This document shows, piece after piece, positions 11,123 through 23,760 of a stretch of 64,000 nucleotides of DNA (its first letter is position 1; each line of letters begins with the position of its first letter). The notes below the pieces were generated by a model. That model was not told the DNA's origin, made no database searches, and saw nothing but the letters and a program-made list of their open reading frames with translations. This DNA is from Sphagnum compactum. Lineage: Eukaryota. A program made the translations under genes and the position numbers. The DNA lies in contig OZ234493.1 of the NCBI GenBank assembly GCA_965153455.1, positions 18,590,213 through 18,654,212 on the forward strand. Reading direction: 5' to 3'.

Positions 11123-14100
11123 TATGACCCATTGGCCATCATTTCAGCTAACTTGAGTATAGGACTCTTCATGTTATGATGGGTAGACAAGCTTAAATGT
11201 ACTAATGTATCGTAAAGCTTTTGTGAGTAATAGAGGGAGCTCTTCTATCCCGTGGCTAGTCATCCCCAAGCCTCTCAAAACCCGAGGTACTTACCAAAAT
11301 GTATGGCTATAATGCCAACGTATAACACAATTGGAGGAAGCAAGTTGTCGGGAACACATGTGGTTCTCTGCTATTATGGATTATAAGGTATGTCTAAGTC
11401 ACATTTGTGACAAAACAAATCATCATGAAATTATCGTTTGTCATGCGGGTATTATGTGGTAAGTAAGGCCCAAGGATGGGGGCATTGCCAGAATACGGGT
11501 ACCACCCAAGTCAGCGGCATCGCCGAGGGTGGTTCCCATATGGCCCTCAGAGAAGGACATAACCCAAATACGGGTACCACCCAAAGTGGCCACTTAGTCA
11601 AGGGTGGTACCCATGTTGTGGTTACATTGTTTTTGAAGGGCCAATAAGCACAGCTAGAAATGCAAGACCCAAAGGAACCTTATGTTTTGTGCAGATAAAC
11701 AACATTGTTGAAAAACAAAAGGTTCCTCCTTCAAAACATAAGATGCTACCCATGGACTCCAATGAATCATATACCTTGTTAAGGTAGCATCCAACTACAC
11801 AAAGAAATTAATATACCCATCTCCTTGCATGACTTGGTTCGTGTTACTGGTGATGGCTTTAGGTCCTACGTTTCATGTTTTCTCCTCTTAGGGCTCCCCA
11901 TTGTGCATTCTACACTTTCGAGTTTCATCTTTTGTTTGGACTTCAGTTTCTTCTCTTGTTCCCTTGCCCGGTGTTTTTCCTTTATTATTATGCATTTATT
12001 TATTTAATCATTTATTTATTTCTAGTGGTGCTTTTATGAACCATGCTATATATGCATGGTAAGACTTGTAACAAAAACAAAACTTATCATGAGAGAATTT
12101 TGTCACAAGTATCAAGGATATCTACCTGATATCAAGTCTTGTGATTTAGCGAAGATATTGCAGGCAAGCAGAGTATTATGAAAGGCTGTCATGTAGTGTA
12201 AGAGTTTGTCGACCAACAATACACTCAACAACACAATACACTCGACACCCCGCCCTCCCCTCCCTCATGTCAGAATGATCATCATGGGTGGTCAGTTGGT
12301 GAATGTTTTGTTTACAACAACAACAAGGTGGTGCCTTTTGCAGGTTTTGTTAGCTAAATAATACACGTAACATGTGTATAAAATTTCATAACCTTATTAT
12401 ATATTTTAGTCCTTCAATCCTTCCTTCCATCCATTATCAACAAAACAACAAATACCTTTGGGGAGCAGCTATGAACTACTACATGCAGAATTAATGAGGT
12501 CAACCTAAACCTGACAATGAGGACCCAATGAACCAAATATTAGTTTAAAATCTCTCTCTTTCAGCAACCCAAAGGGATCCTCATAATAGATTTGTCATTT
12601 CTGTGGGTGTGGAGGGGAGGAGGAGGGGGGAGAGTCAAAGGTGATTGAGTGAGAGAGGCATTGAATGAAAACCCATTTCAAAACTTATGAGAGGTTTAAT
12701 GATTTTGTTTGATTTTTTTTATCTCTCATATCATGGCAAAAGCAAGTCACATTTCCTTTGCTCTCATCTCACATGAGTGTAGTGTAAAGACAATCAATCA
12801 TTCCCACCCAAAAGCCCAAATAATTAGAATTTTTAAAAATCACCCTCTCCCTAGGGTGGTCACTCTAAAGCTCTTGAAGTATACAAGGAAGGCTTATGAT
12901 TATATATGAAAATGGGACAAGCCTTAGTAGTCCTTCTAATCATACTTTTTTGTCCACCATGTGTCTTCCTTTCCTTTTTTTAATATGGTGGAATGAATAG
13001 CTAGATGCTAAAAAAACATGAGCATCAATAAGGAGTACATGAATGGATTCAGCATTGATTAGATTATTGTTGAATTGTCGATTTTTGGAGAAATTTATTG
13101 CTTGGATTGCCGAAATTTTGAGTGCCCATTATTTAAAGTTGTGGAAACCTACAAGCCTTCGACATATCAATCATGAGCTTTGAATGGAAGGAAGTGGCAT
13201 GCTCGGTGATGTTGTCTTTAGAATGATATCACAAAAGCTTTTCCTCAAGCACTTTGATGTCAAGGGAAAAAATGCACTTCTATGGTGCACGTCCATGGTG
13301 TGGCAAGAAGAGGATGTTGTCTTTGTTGAACAAAGGATGCAAGTGCACATGGCCTACTTTTGTGCGGTGGAAGTTGTTCTTCTAAAGATAATTGCGAGAA
13401 AGATACACATAGGTAGTAAGTAAAAAAAAATTGGAAAAAAATATATCATGCGTCAAAATGCATTGTAATAATTTATTTATCTATTTGACACCTCAATGCC
13501 AAATCCATTCGTGTACCATAGTAGGGAATCAATGTATATAAGATTTAGAGGAGTACCAAAGGGCCCTCTTGAGGCATAAACATGGAATATGGGCATGAGT
13601 CACAAGAGGGTTAGATGGAGAAGATGTATATGTGAAAATTTTAGAGTCATAGCATTGGCTCGAACATAAAACCTAGCTAAATCATAATAGTGGAATGTAC
13701 ATGCTTTGAGAAGCCCCAACACAATGTAATTGGAAGGCAATGCACATCAACCCATTGTTTAGTACATGAATCTGGTGGCATTTGATGATGGTTCCCATTT
13801 CTTCATGGGTCACTCATAGCCCAACTACATTTGTAACAATTTTGTTATGTTTGAGATTAATGTGAACACAATTTTCCACATCACAAGCAAGTTCATAATA
13901 CATAGAATTTTTTGCATGAATTTTTGCCACTTGGCAACAAAATAAAAATTCATCGAGAGATTCATACAAAGGATTTCTTTTGGGAAAACAGTGCCAAAGT
14001 CACCAGATTTTGAGGGTTTTTTTTTTTTGAAATATAAATATTTGATAATAGGTTCCACCATGTTGCCAAAATAGAGCAGGATTCTTTTTAAAAATTCTAC

Positions 14101-17100
14101 TTTTCCTCTTTGACCTGGTACCAAATTTTGCTAATTCCCCTTGTGAAGATTTCACCCTAACATCTAATTTTGGTGTGTATATTGTGAAATAGCATTCATA
14201 ATCTTGAAAGCAACCTATGATTTTAATCCCTTGTGCTTCAATAGCTAAGCTAATAGTATATCTTTAAATCAATAGAGAAAAGGAGTTCCTAAAATTGTAC
14301 TTTGGAAGATGAATACATTTGAAGGTAAGTAGGGAAGGTCCATTTAACATTTGATTTTTCAAAAGAGCTAAGGTTCATCACTTTGTAGGATAATTCAGAA
14401 GTTTCCGATGTGGGAAGAGATTGTGGAAAGTTTTCCTCCCATTAAATTCATCAAGGGTTTTATTGAATACCCACTAACATGTTCAAAGTCAGTTGTGAAT
14501 TTCATCTCCAAGTTGCCAAATTAATTTTGTCCCATATGTTTTGCTCAATACTTTTTAATTCTAGCCTAGGTTCTTTATGCTTTCCTAAACCATTTAAAAA
14601 TCTCTGTACCTATACATCAAATTTTGAAAAAAAAAAAAAAAAAAGAATCCAAATACTGATCAAGCCAAAAATACTTCAAATTAGTCTAGCTATGGTGCAA
14701 ATTTGGGTATATGGCTTGACTTGTTACTTAATCTTTCAACCTTTGGAATCATATCAATATTTTGTGTCAAAGTTGCCATATGGCCCACCTTAAAATGAAC
14801 ATAGGTCTTACAATATAGAGGAATTGAGTCTTCAATAATTGCCACTTTAGCCAACATCAATCTCAATTTCCAACTTCCATCACAATTGGCGTTACAATTT
14901 CCAACTAGGTTTGAATTATGCACATGGTGCTCCTCCAATCACAACTAAAAATACCAACCCACCCCCATTAACTAACACCCTATTCGTCATGCATGTGGGC
15001 TTTCATCCACTCATCCAAATCACTTTGACAAATCATTGCACATTGGATACCCAAATGTGGTGAGGTGTTGATCCATACCCATTTGTAGACAATCACAATA
15101 TTGGTAAAATAGAAGAAGATTTAGACCTTCCCATAATCCATATTTTATTGTTCATTAAAGGAATCATCACAACCCTGTAATGTACTCATCAGCAACATCA
15201 TGAGAAAATGTTCACATTATCAACTCTTTTGATTTTAAGTGGTTATGAAATATCTGGTTTCACCTAAGTGACCCATTTTGTAGAAGTAGGTCCTATCCTA
15301 TATGTAGGTAGATAGGTAAGAAAATAGGTGAGTTGATAATAGATTGTTTACATATAGGTAAAAGGTTGTTTTACTACCCATTAACAACCCAATTGAAGGG
15401 TTGCCAATAGGTAGGTAATCAAACAAAATACACAAGTAATGTGTTAGAACCTTGTTATGTCCGCAAATAGCTATTATTACACATTGAATTGTTAGTTCAA
15501 TCAAGATAACTAAGAAAACAAATACAAACTACCAAATTCAACAATCTCATTCGCCTGAAAAGAAAATCTCCATGCATGTGCACATAACCCTTTTATGTTG
15601 AACATTGAAAATAATGATCCTTCTTTATCTTACCATTCCCCCATTGGTCCTTTAAAATTCATACAACAAGCTACCAAACCCTATTGCACATTTAATTGTT
15701 AGTTCGGTCAAGATAGCTAACTAAAGGGGGAGGAAATCAATCAAACCACCAAATCTAGCAATTTCATTGCCAGTAACATTTTCTTTGCACACCTATACAT
15801 AAGCCTATTCAAACACCCTATGTAGTACATTATTGAATCACTTTCACCATTGTGTTATTTATCAATGTTAGGCTAGGATCAAATTTTCATTCAAAATGCA
15901 CCGATTATCAATTGGTTTTCTCAACAAAAACTTGCCAGGTTTAGTGGTTTCCTTGGTTTCACTCTTCAGGCACTCTAAATATGGCCCTAATGTAAAAAAT
16001 TTGGACAAAGAAAAAAGGAGGTAGATGTGCACACCTTAATCAAAATGTTTATTCCTAAGTTCAACAAAATACTAACATCTTACTAACAAAAAGTATCTGC
16101 ATACATTTCTTCCTCTCATAACCACATCTTCAAACACATGTTATGTTACAATGTATCAATGTTTCGTAATGACAATGTTCCAACAAACTGCCATAACTCA
16201 TTTCTGTTCAAAGACATAAATTGGCAAGAACAATATAAAGTTGCAAATTGGTAGATCGGGTTGCTCTGAACCTGAACCACCTCTCTTAGAGAAGCTATCT
16301 TTGTCTCACTTGGCATCAATTGATAATATTTGCAACACAACTTAGAATACCCCAAATACACACTCTCAAGCAGTTTTGAACAAGAAAGATCTACCCATTA
16401 TAACCACTAGACAATCTTCTATTTTTCTCAAGTCACAAAAAAAATTTGATAAGATGGAATCTTCTTCAGAATTCCCAACATATGGGTCTCACTTCCCATT
16501 GACATGTTGCCTAATTTTCCTTACCATATTCACCACATACCACAAATTGCAACACTTGATGCCTTTCTCAAACAAGCTCTCTAGTCCCTTACAGACCTTC
16601 ATCATCTCCACCAGTTTCTACCATTTTACTTATGTGTGAGAGAAATACATGTTGACCATCATCAACACCGCCTTAGTGCAAATGTGGTAGCAATCTTTTT
16701 CGTTCTTTCTTTGTTGGGAGATGATGATGTTCCAAGCTTGCTACCAAAATTCCTTCTCTACATGCAACCTACATTCTACATTATTATATGCATGATGAAA
16801 TCTACCAATCTTGTTCCAAGCGTTAGATTGAAAAGTAGGTTGTGTCATGGATATTCGTGCACCATACAAGGTGTTTGCTATTGCAACACACTATCCTACA
16901 ACAAATCAAATCGGAAGCCCATCCCAACCCAACTAGAATAGTAATTAGCCTAATCTCAAGGTAACAAATCTTCTTATTTGACAATTTGTTTTCAATTGAT
17001 TAACACACTATATTTTTACCAATACAACTACAAGAAGCCATACCCTAAAAAAACATTTTCACCCGCACCTCTTACAGACACCTCTACAAGCATATACCAT

Positions 17101-19859
17101 ATCCAAGATAGAATGTTAATTATTTCCCCATCCCCACATCAATACATGAAAAATTGAATAGTTTAAAATGGGAGACTATGCAAAATGTCACCACTTAATT
17201 CAATTATAATGTTCGACCAATCAATAGCAATCATTTCCTTTTATTGACCTTTTTATATTATATCATTGTGTCTTGTGCATACTATAGGTCCAAACCAATG
17301 TTGGCCACCTATTGAGTTTTGATTTAGTTGTCAACGTGGTTATCAAGTCAATTTTTAATAACCTACCATTTGGTTATTGATTTTTTTATAACCAATTAAA
17401 TTGATGATCATTCAATTTTCAAAAATCTAATAACTTACGTAGATGATTTAATTATCATCCAAGAAGGTTACCAATCTTTAAACATTAATACAATTTTTTA
17501 ATTATTAAAAGATAGAAAAAATAGTTTTTTTAGTTAATTTTTTTAAAGAACTAATAGGATAACAAGGAGGATAATAGGCGATTATCAACCAATTATTTGA
17601 TAACTTACCTTTTATGTGTAATTAAAAAATTATTATTTTCAAAAATAATAATAATCTACTTGATAGCCAATTTTTTAAATACCAATATTGATAACCTATG
17701 TGGTCATCCCAAAAGTTTGAAAAAAAGAAAACCTACCCAATAGTCATTTGAACTGGAAAGCCCACCCATGTATTGCCATCTCAAAACCTACCCAAAATTC
17801 CATGTTATGTCAAATGCATCATAATCTACATGATGAAGGTTTAGGGTTCCATTGTTGCTCATTTTTTTTATTTAATAAAACTTATTTCCAATTTGGAAAC
17901 TTAGGCATGTCCAAGGCCCCCCCCATCAATAAGTTATGGTGTAATCAAAATGGAGGGTAGATGAATCAGTAACAATTGTTATGCAAAAACTAGAACAATC
18001 CACATGAATTGTTGGGTCCTTTATTCATATGATGCATGGAATATGGTTTCCAATAATCAACATAACATTTTCACAATAACATAGTTACATTCTAAAAATA
18101 AACATTGATTCCAAGCACCCTTGATTACACTAATCTGAGGGAGTGGATTGGACTCTTTTTGTTCACATTCTTGCCTATCGATAAATATCATCCCATGGTC
18201 CACTAAACACAAGAACCCAAAATGTCAAAGCGTTGTTCCGTTGATGGTGAAAATCCCAACCTAATGCACCATAATTTCCCTTTTTTCATGGTTCAACCAA
18301 AATTCCAATTCCCAATTCAAAAACCCTCAAACATGGGACATGTTAGATAATGAACGTTAGACTTTGTTATCCCTTCCAATTTTTTGGTTCTAGGTCAAGG
18401 AAAGCATAAACATAACTATTACATTATGTCCTACAACAAACAGACAACTAATCCCTATGCAACAAAAAGGAGATTTTGGATACATCTTTTGTAGAAAACA
18501 TAATCACACACATCCAAACTTTAAAAAATGTACTTAGCTTCCCCCAATTTTGCCCAGAGCTCTCCCTTTCAAAAGCTCCTTATTGTAATCCTCCATCACA
18601 CTTCCTCCACACAATGCTTCCACACAATTCTTATCAACCAACGCACCAAACTCAACAACAAACCAAGTATAGAAAATCTAGTAAGTAATGGCTTCTCTTT
18701 TGCTAGTTGCCATTGTCGTCAATCTTTAAAAAACAAATTGTCAACAAGGTGACGATCACATCGCCATGTAGAAAGGAATAAAAAGTAAAACCCTAAAGAT
18801 GTTCTACATCTTATAGGACATGCCTTTACGTCACAATGGATGTTGGTGGCCTATTGGGGCAGCATCATAATAAAACATACAATGAAATAAGAATTATTTC
18901 AAAGGTGGGGCCACACCTCACCACAACAATGTAACAACATGTATCATAGAATAACAATTGTAATTGTTAAACAAAACCTTATGAATGATAGAAAAGGCCT
19001 TGAGTTTAGAAATGTGAGTAGGGATCAAGATGGAAATTACAAAGAACCTTGAGTTGTAGAAATGTGAGTAGGGATCAAGATGACAATAATGTTTAACATT
19101 GAGTTATTTGCTCATTTTTTGTTGGTTTATGTAGCATTGTCAATTACGCATGAATTGTAAATTTTTTCTAGATGTTACCTTAACAAGGCATGTTGACACC
19201 ATGCTATCATCAATGCCATGTTGGATGCCACTTGCATTGTTGTAATCCAAAATCATTGCGCCAACAATGAATTGGAAGGTAAAAACTTGGCTACAATCAA
19301 TGTGCGCTCCATTGACAATGAATTTGAAGGTAAACCTAGAAATATGGTCAACTTACATTCCTTCAATAGTGTGTTCGAAAGTGATGTGAAGTTGTACACT
19401 AGTGCCAACCACTCACAAGTAAACTTCCGAATCTTTACATCCATGAATTTTTACATACTTGAACACAAAACCATAATTAATCACAAGATACTTAGAACAT
19501 TGCATTGGTAGTTGAATCATGTATAAAAAGTAAAGTATGGGTCCATTCTTGGATTTTTCCATAAAAAAGGTTACGTTAATAAGGATAATCAAATTAATTT
19601 TGTTAATTACAAAATTACATTCTAAAGGTTTGGAATGAAGTATAAGAGATGTGGGTGCAAAAAAAAAACATCATTTGACGTTTTTAATAAGGTTTAGGCA
19701 CTCCAAATGAAAGTATTTCATTTTAGAAATGATTTGTAGTCCTACATTCCTTTTTGGTTTATATTTGAACATGACATTTCCTAAACATACATATCCCCCT
19801 TTCATTGTTTAATATCTAAAAACATTTATTTTGCTTTAGAACTCATGACACAAAACAAA

Positions 19860-22060
19860 AAGGTGTCATGTTCATGTTCGGGATTACATGAATGGCATTG
19901 GTCATAATGAAGAATATTGAACCATTGTTGTGAAGGACAAGATCAACCTTGAATTACCAAAACATTTTTTCAAGTTGCACTATGACATAATTAACATGTT
20001 CATGGGTGGTAGGTCATGCATAAAACCTCCACACTCAAAAGATTTCATGAGGCCTAATGACCATGTATATGAAATACAACAACATGGATTGACTACAATT
20101 GTTGACTTCAATGAATTCATTCGAAATGAACTATAGGATGATAAAACATAATTTTCAATATTACATTATCAACATTGTCTGGAGGTTGCTAAGGAATAAA
20201 ACATTTGGGCAATCCCCAAATTCACACCAAGTTTCAATTCACCTCAATTGCAACAAAGAAACCCAACACGTATACCTCCAAGTGGAACACTAGTTCAATT
20301 TGATTTTGTGAATCCAACTATAAATGTGCAAAACAAGTTATTCAAACACCTTGCATTCCGAGTTCTCCTACATCAATAGACAAGGGTGAAAACATGGTAA
20401 AGTATACACAAAAATTTAAATGATTTTATGGGGATAATAATATTATTTTTGAGTACATTATTTATTAACTCTTGTTTGCATGGACTTCAAAAGCTAAATT
20501 GTTATAATCATTTGTTTTTTAACTACTTCCAAGTACTTGAATTGGACCTAAAATTTGTGGCAATTTGAAAAATGAAGTTCTAGTAGTTGAAAATAGGTGA
20601 AATGTTTTTGCAAGTATTTGGTTTTTTTTCATGCACCTCAATATTGATGTGGTGAACATTCTAATATTATCTTTTTGGTTAATGGAGTTTATTTTCAAAA
20701 CTAAATCATCCCCAACCCCTAAAAATGACATAATTGTTGGGGATATTTTTGGGTTACTTTTTCAAGTCCAAATGATATGACACAAATTTTTTTGAAAAGT
20801 TAGAAGGAAGTTAGAGATGCCCATAAAAAAACTAAAAGTTCATTTGTTTTGAAATGCTAGAAGAAGGTTAAAAGTTTAAAAGGTTGTTTTTTTCTTGTTT
20901 TGAAATTTAAAAAAGGTAACAAGTAAGTACAAAATATCTTACTTACACCTATAATGCAAACAAAATTAGACAACCAATTGCTCCTACGAACAAAATTGGG
21001 GACTCAACTGAATAGTAGACGATGGATAATCACATCATGAAATGTCGATCACACAAGCGAAAAGAAAACAACTTCAGCTCGTAACATTAGTAATTTTTTT
21101 GTCATTTGCAACTAGTCCTTATGTAAATGCATTCAACTAAGTGTCATTTGTAACTAGATTAATTGTGCTTGCAACTACAAAATTGGTAATGTATAGTTCT
21201 GGGGCATATAATTATGTGCGTAACTAACATGCAATTAATAGTGTACAAAATGGACACGTGTCATTAAAAAATGGCCTAAACTAATAGATACCTATGTTAG
21301 TACACCCAATATATCTACCTATGTTATGCATACTAATTTTAAACCTTTAGTACTAAGGTTAAACTCATGTTAACTAATGCTACCCAAGGCAAAACATTGC
21401 CTAAACTTACATTAACCAAAGCTAAACCTAAGCTAAACCGTGGCTAAACTAAACATGGTTAAATTAACTTTGGTTAAACTAATAATGGCTAAATTAATCC
21501 TTAGCTAAATTAACTCATTGTTAAGTTAACTTTGACTAAATTAATCAAAAGGCTAAATTAACCATGGCTAAACTAACATGATTAAAGTAAACATGGTTAA
21601 ACTAACTAATTTAACCTTATAATTAATTTATCCATCAATAATAAAGAATTTATTAATAATTTTGCTATTATACCTATGGTTAGTAGGTTACATTACCTAG
21701 CTTATAAGTACCCTAGACTAGTTAGCTCCTAGCCTAAATTTGATAATATTTTAACAATATGCATTTTCAATCATTAGAGGTAAATATAGCTCCTTAAAAG
21801 TATATTTTACTTATAATCTTAATTTTAAGAATATTAATTAATAATTAATTCTAATTTCCAAAAATTAATTATGCTAGTTATGGTTAGCATGCTATCTTAA
21901 CTAACTAACCTAATGTAAATTAGGTATTAGGTTAAGCTAGGTAATAATTTTATAATTAGACTATTATTTACTTTTAAACATTATAACTAATATGAATAGT
22001 GAATTTTATTAAGTATTATTTTAATTAATATCATTAGTTAATAATAATAATATTCTTACT

Positions 22061-22092
<32 letters not shown>

Positions 22093-23100
22093 GTAGTTGG
22101 TAAATTAGGTTAATATTGCATAGGTGCAATGTAGTAGTTACATGTACCATAGTTGGGTTGGTTGTGTTTGCAACTAATTTTTTTATCCCATATGTTTTGT
22201 TTTGCATTCCAATGGTGTACATTAAATAAATAGGCGCATTAGTCTTTTTCACAAACTAAATACCAAGGGCCTTTTGGGATGAACCAATGAAAAAGTTCAA
22301 CCCAAACATAAAATAAGATTATTCAAATCTACCTATAAGGCCTACCTTCCTACCTATTGACCTATTAAATAAATAAATAATCATTTATTTTAATTTTTAA
22401 AATTACCACATGTCACCATATAATTGGCTTCAACATATGAACACATGTCAAAACTTGATTCATAATCTATTGGATGTTTATATATTATTATTTTATAAAA
22501 ATATTCAGTATTGAAATATGGACCAAATGCCATGTGTCACCATGTAATTGGTCATTAAACATTCATATGGTCACCATGGCAATTGCACCTTAATTGCATG
22601 TGCAACCCTCATAGAATATATGGATGGATGAAGTATGAATCCATAACGTATGTGTTATTCACATATGTATAGTCACATGCAACTACATGTTGTGTGCAAC
22701 TTGTCTTATGCAACTATGGGATTTAACAGTTGCATGTGTCACATGCATTTAAAAATCAGTTGCATACGACAATTGCACATGACAAGATTTCTACTAGTGT
22801 AAAAGCCTTGTTGAAATAATAGAAAAAAAGAATGTAGCATTAGTGGAGTCAATAAATCACATACATGATGTTGATATACAAATTGAAGAGAAATGAACAA
22901 TTAGACTATTTCAAATTTTGTAACAAATAAATGAAGAAAAATTAAAGAGGTATGGTTCAAACAATTACAAGTCTCACCCAAGTGATGGCATTAGCTCCCC
23001 AAAAAAGGTTACAAGTTGCAATGATGTAGTTGGAGCAAAACATGATCATCATGACAATCCTTTGTCAAACATTGAAGAAGATGCATAAATGTTTTTAATG
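19860..23100 (+). pseudogene. Decayed Myb/SANT (trihelix-like) ORF, probably PIF/Harbinger-associated, interrupted by insertions
   Basis: RDYMNGIGHNEEY*...LPKHFFKLHYDIINMFMGGRSCIKPPHSKD at about 19880-20045. A coiled-coil-like frame (KKTTSARKSLVEIIEKKNVALVESIN) is restored when the CACTA and one TSD copy are removed. Confidence 0.5.
21085..22799. mobile_element. Non-autonomous CACTA element
   Basis: The right end reads CACTAGTAGAAATCTTGTCATGTGCAA on the minus strand and the left end is cattagtaatttttttgtcatttgcaa. Exact 3-bp TSD TAA (21082-21084 / 22800-22802). Subterminal tgcaac/gttgca repeats, an internal degenerate tandem array (about 21400-21610) and (TA)n. Confidence 0.8.
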
Positions 23101-23577
23101 AAAACAAACATCATTGACATTGATAAAACATGCAAATAATTTTTAGACTTTCATACCTTCATTGAATTTGTTGTTTTGATTTGTTGTTAACTTTCAATGG
23201 TGTTGCATAACAATGTAGTCTTTTAGATTTCAATAATTCAGTCCTCCAAAAAAAAATTGACCGTGAATTACAGCAAATTCTTCAAAGTGATACAATCCAG
23301 TTGTTACCCCTCTATCCCTCTATGCTTCAAGATCTTCCTTTGCTTTAACTTGCATAACCTTCATGAAATGTTCCACATCCATTTCCTTCCTTCCAAGTAG
23401 TAAATTATGGAAAAGACAACAAATTGTAAACACATTTGAAACAAATGTGATATATAATTTTGTCTTTTTGAGAGGCTTTCAAAATGTTGACTTCCAAAGG
23501 CAATTTCATCTGTGTTAATCTCCCTTTTTTGTGCTTGCAGTTGTATAAAAGCTCTAAAATTACATGGCAATCTCCTT

Positions 23578-23760
23578 CTACATAGCCATCACAACTTCTT
23601 GAAGAACTAGACCCATAGTTGATCCTCCCACAACAAACAACTCATTACATGTAAGGATGTTTGCACCATGCACAAGCTTGTAGATAATGCAAAAACTCAT
23701 TTCCACATGTATGGCCTTTCTATACTTTGTGTCAAACTTTGAAATCAAAATTATCACTTG
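23578..23760 (-). mobile_element. PIF/Harbinger transposase N-terminal fragment
   Basis: Reads LISKFDTKYRKAIHVEMSFCIIYKLVHGANILTCNELFVVGGSTMGLVLQEVVMAM*, matching the DT.YR.AI.VE...YKL..G......ELF.VG.ST pattern that precedes the DDE core of Harbinger transposases. Confidence 0.65.

Noticed and set aside
14323..14415. Exact snRNA USE motif (TCCCACATCG, minus strand, 14415-14406) with a U1-like TACTTACCT about 80 nt downstream
   Set aside because: There is no TATA box at the expected spacing, and the sequence after TACTTACCT does not continue as U1 snRNA. Treated as coincidence.
14800..17100. Probable decayed transposase sequence, also at about 24000-25450, 36300-38000 and 51800-52500
   Set aside because: Too degenerate to assign a family or boundaries by eye.
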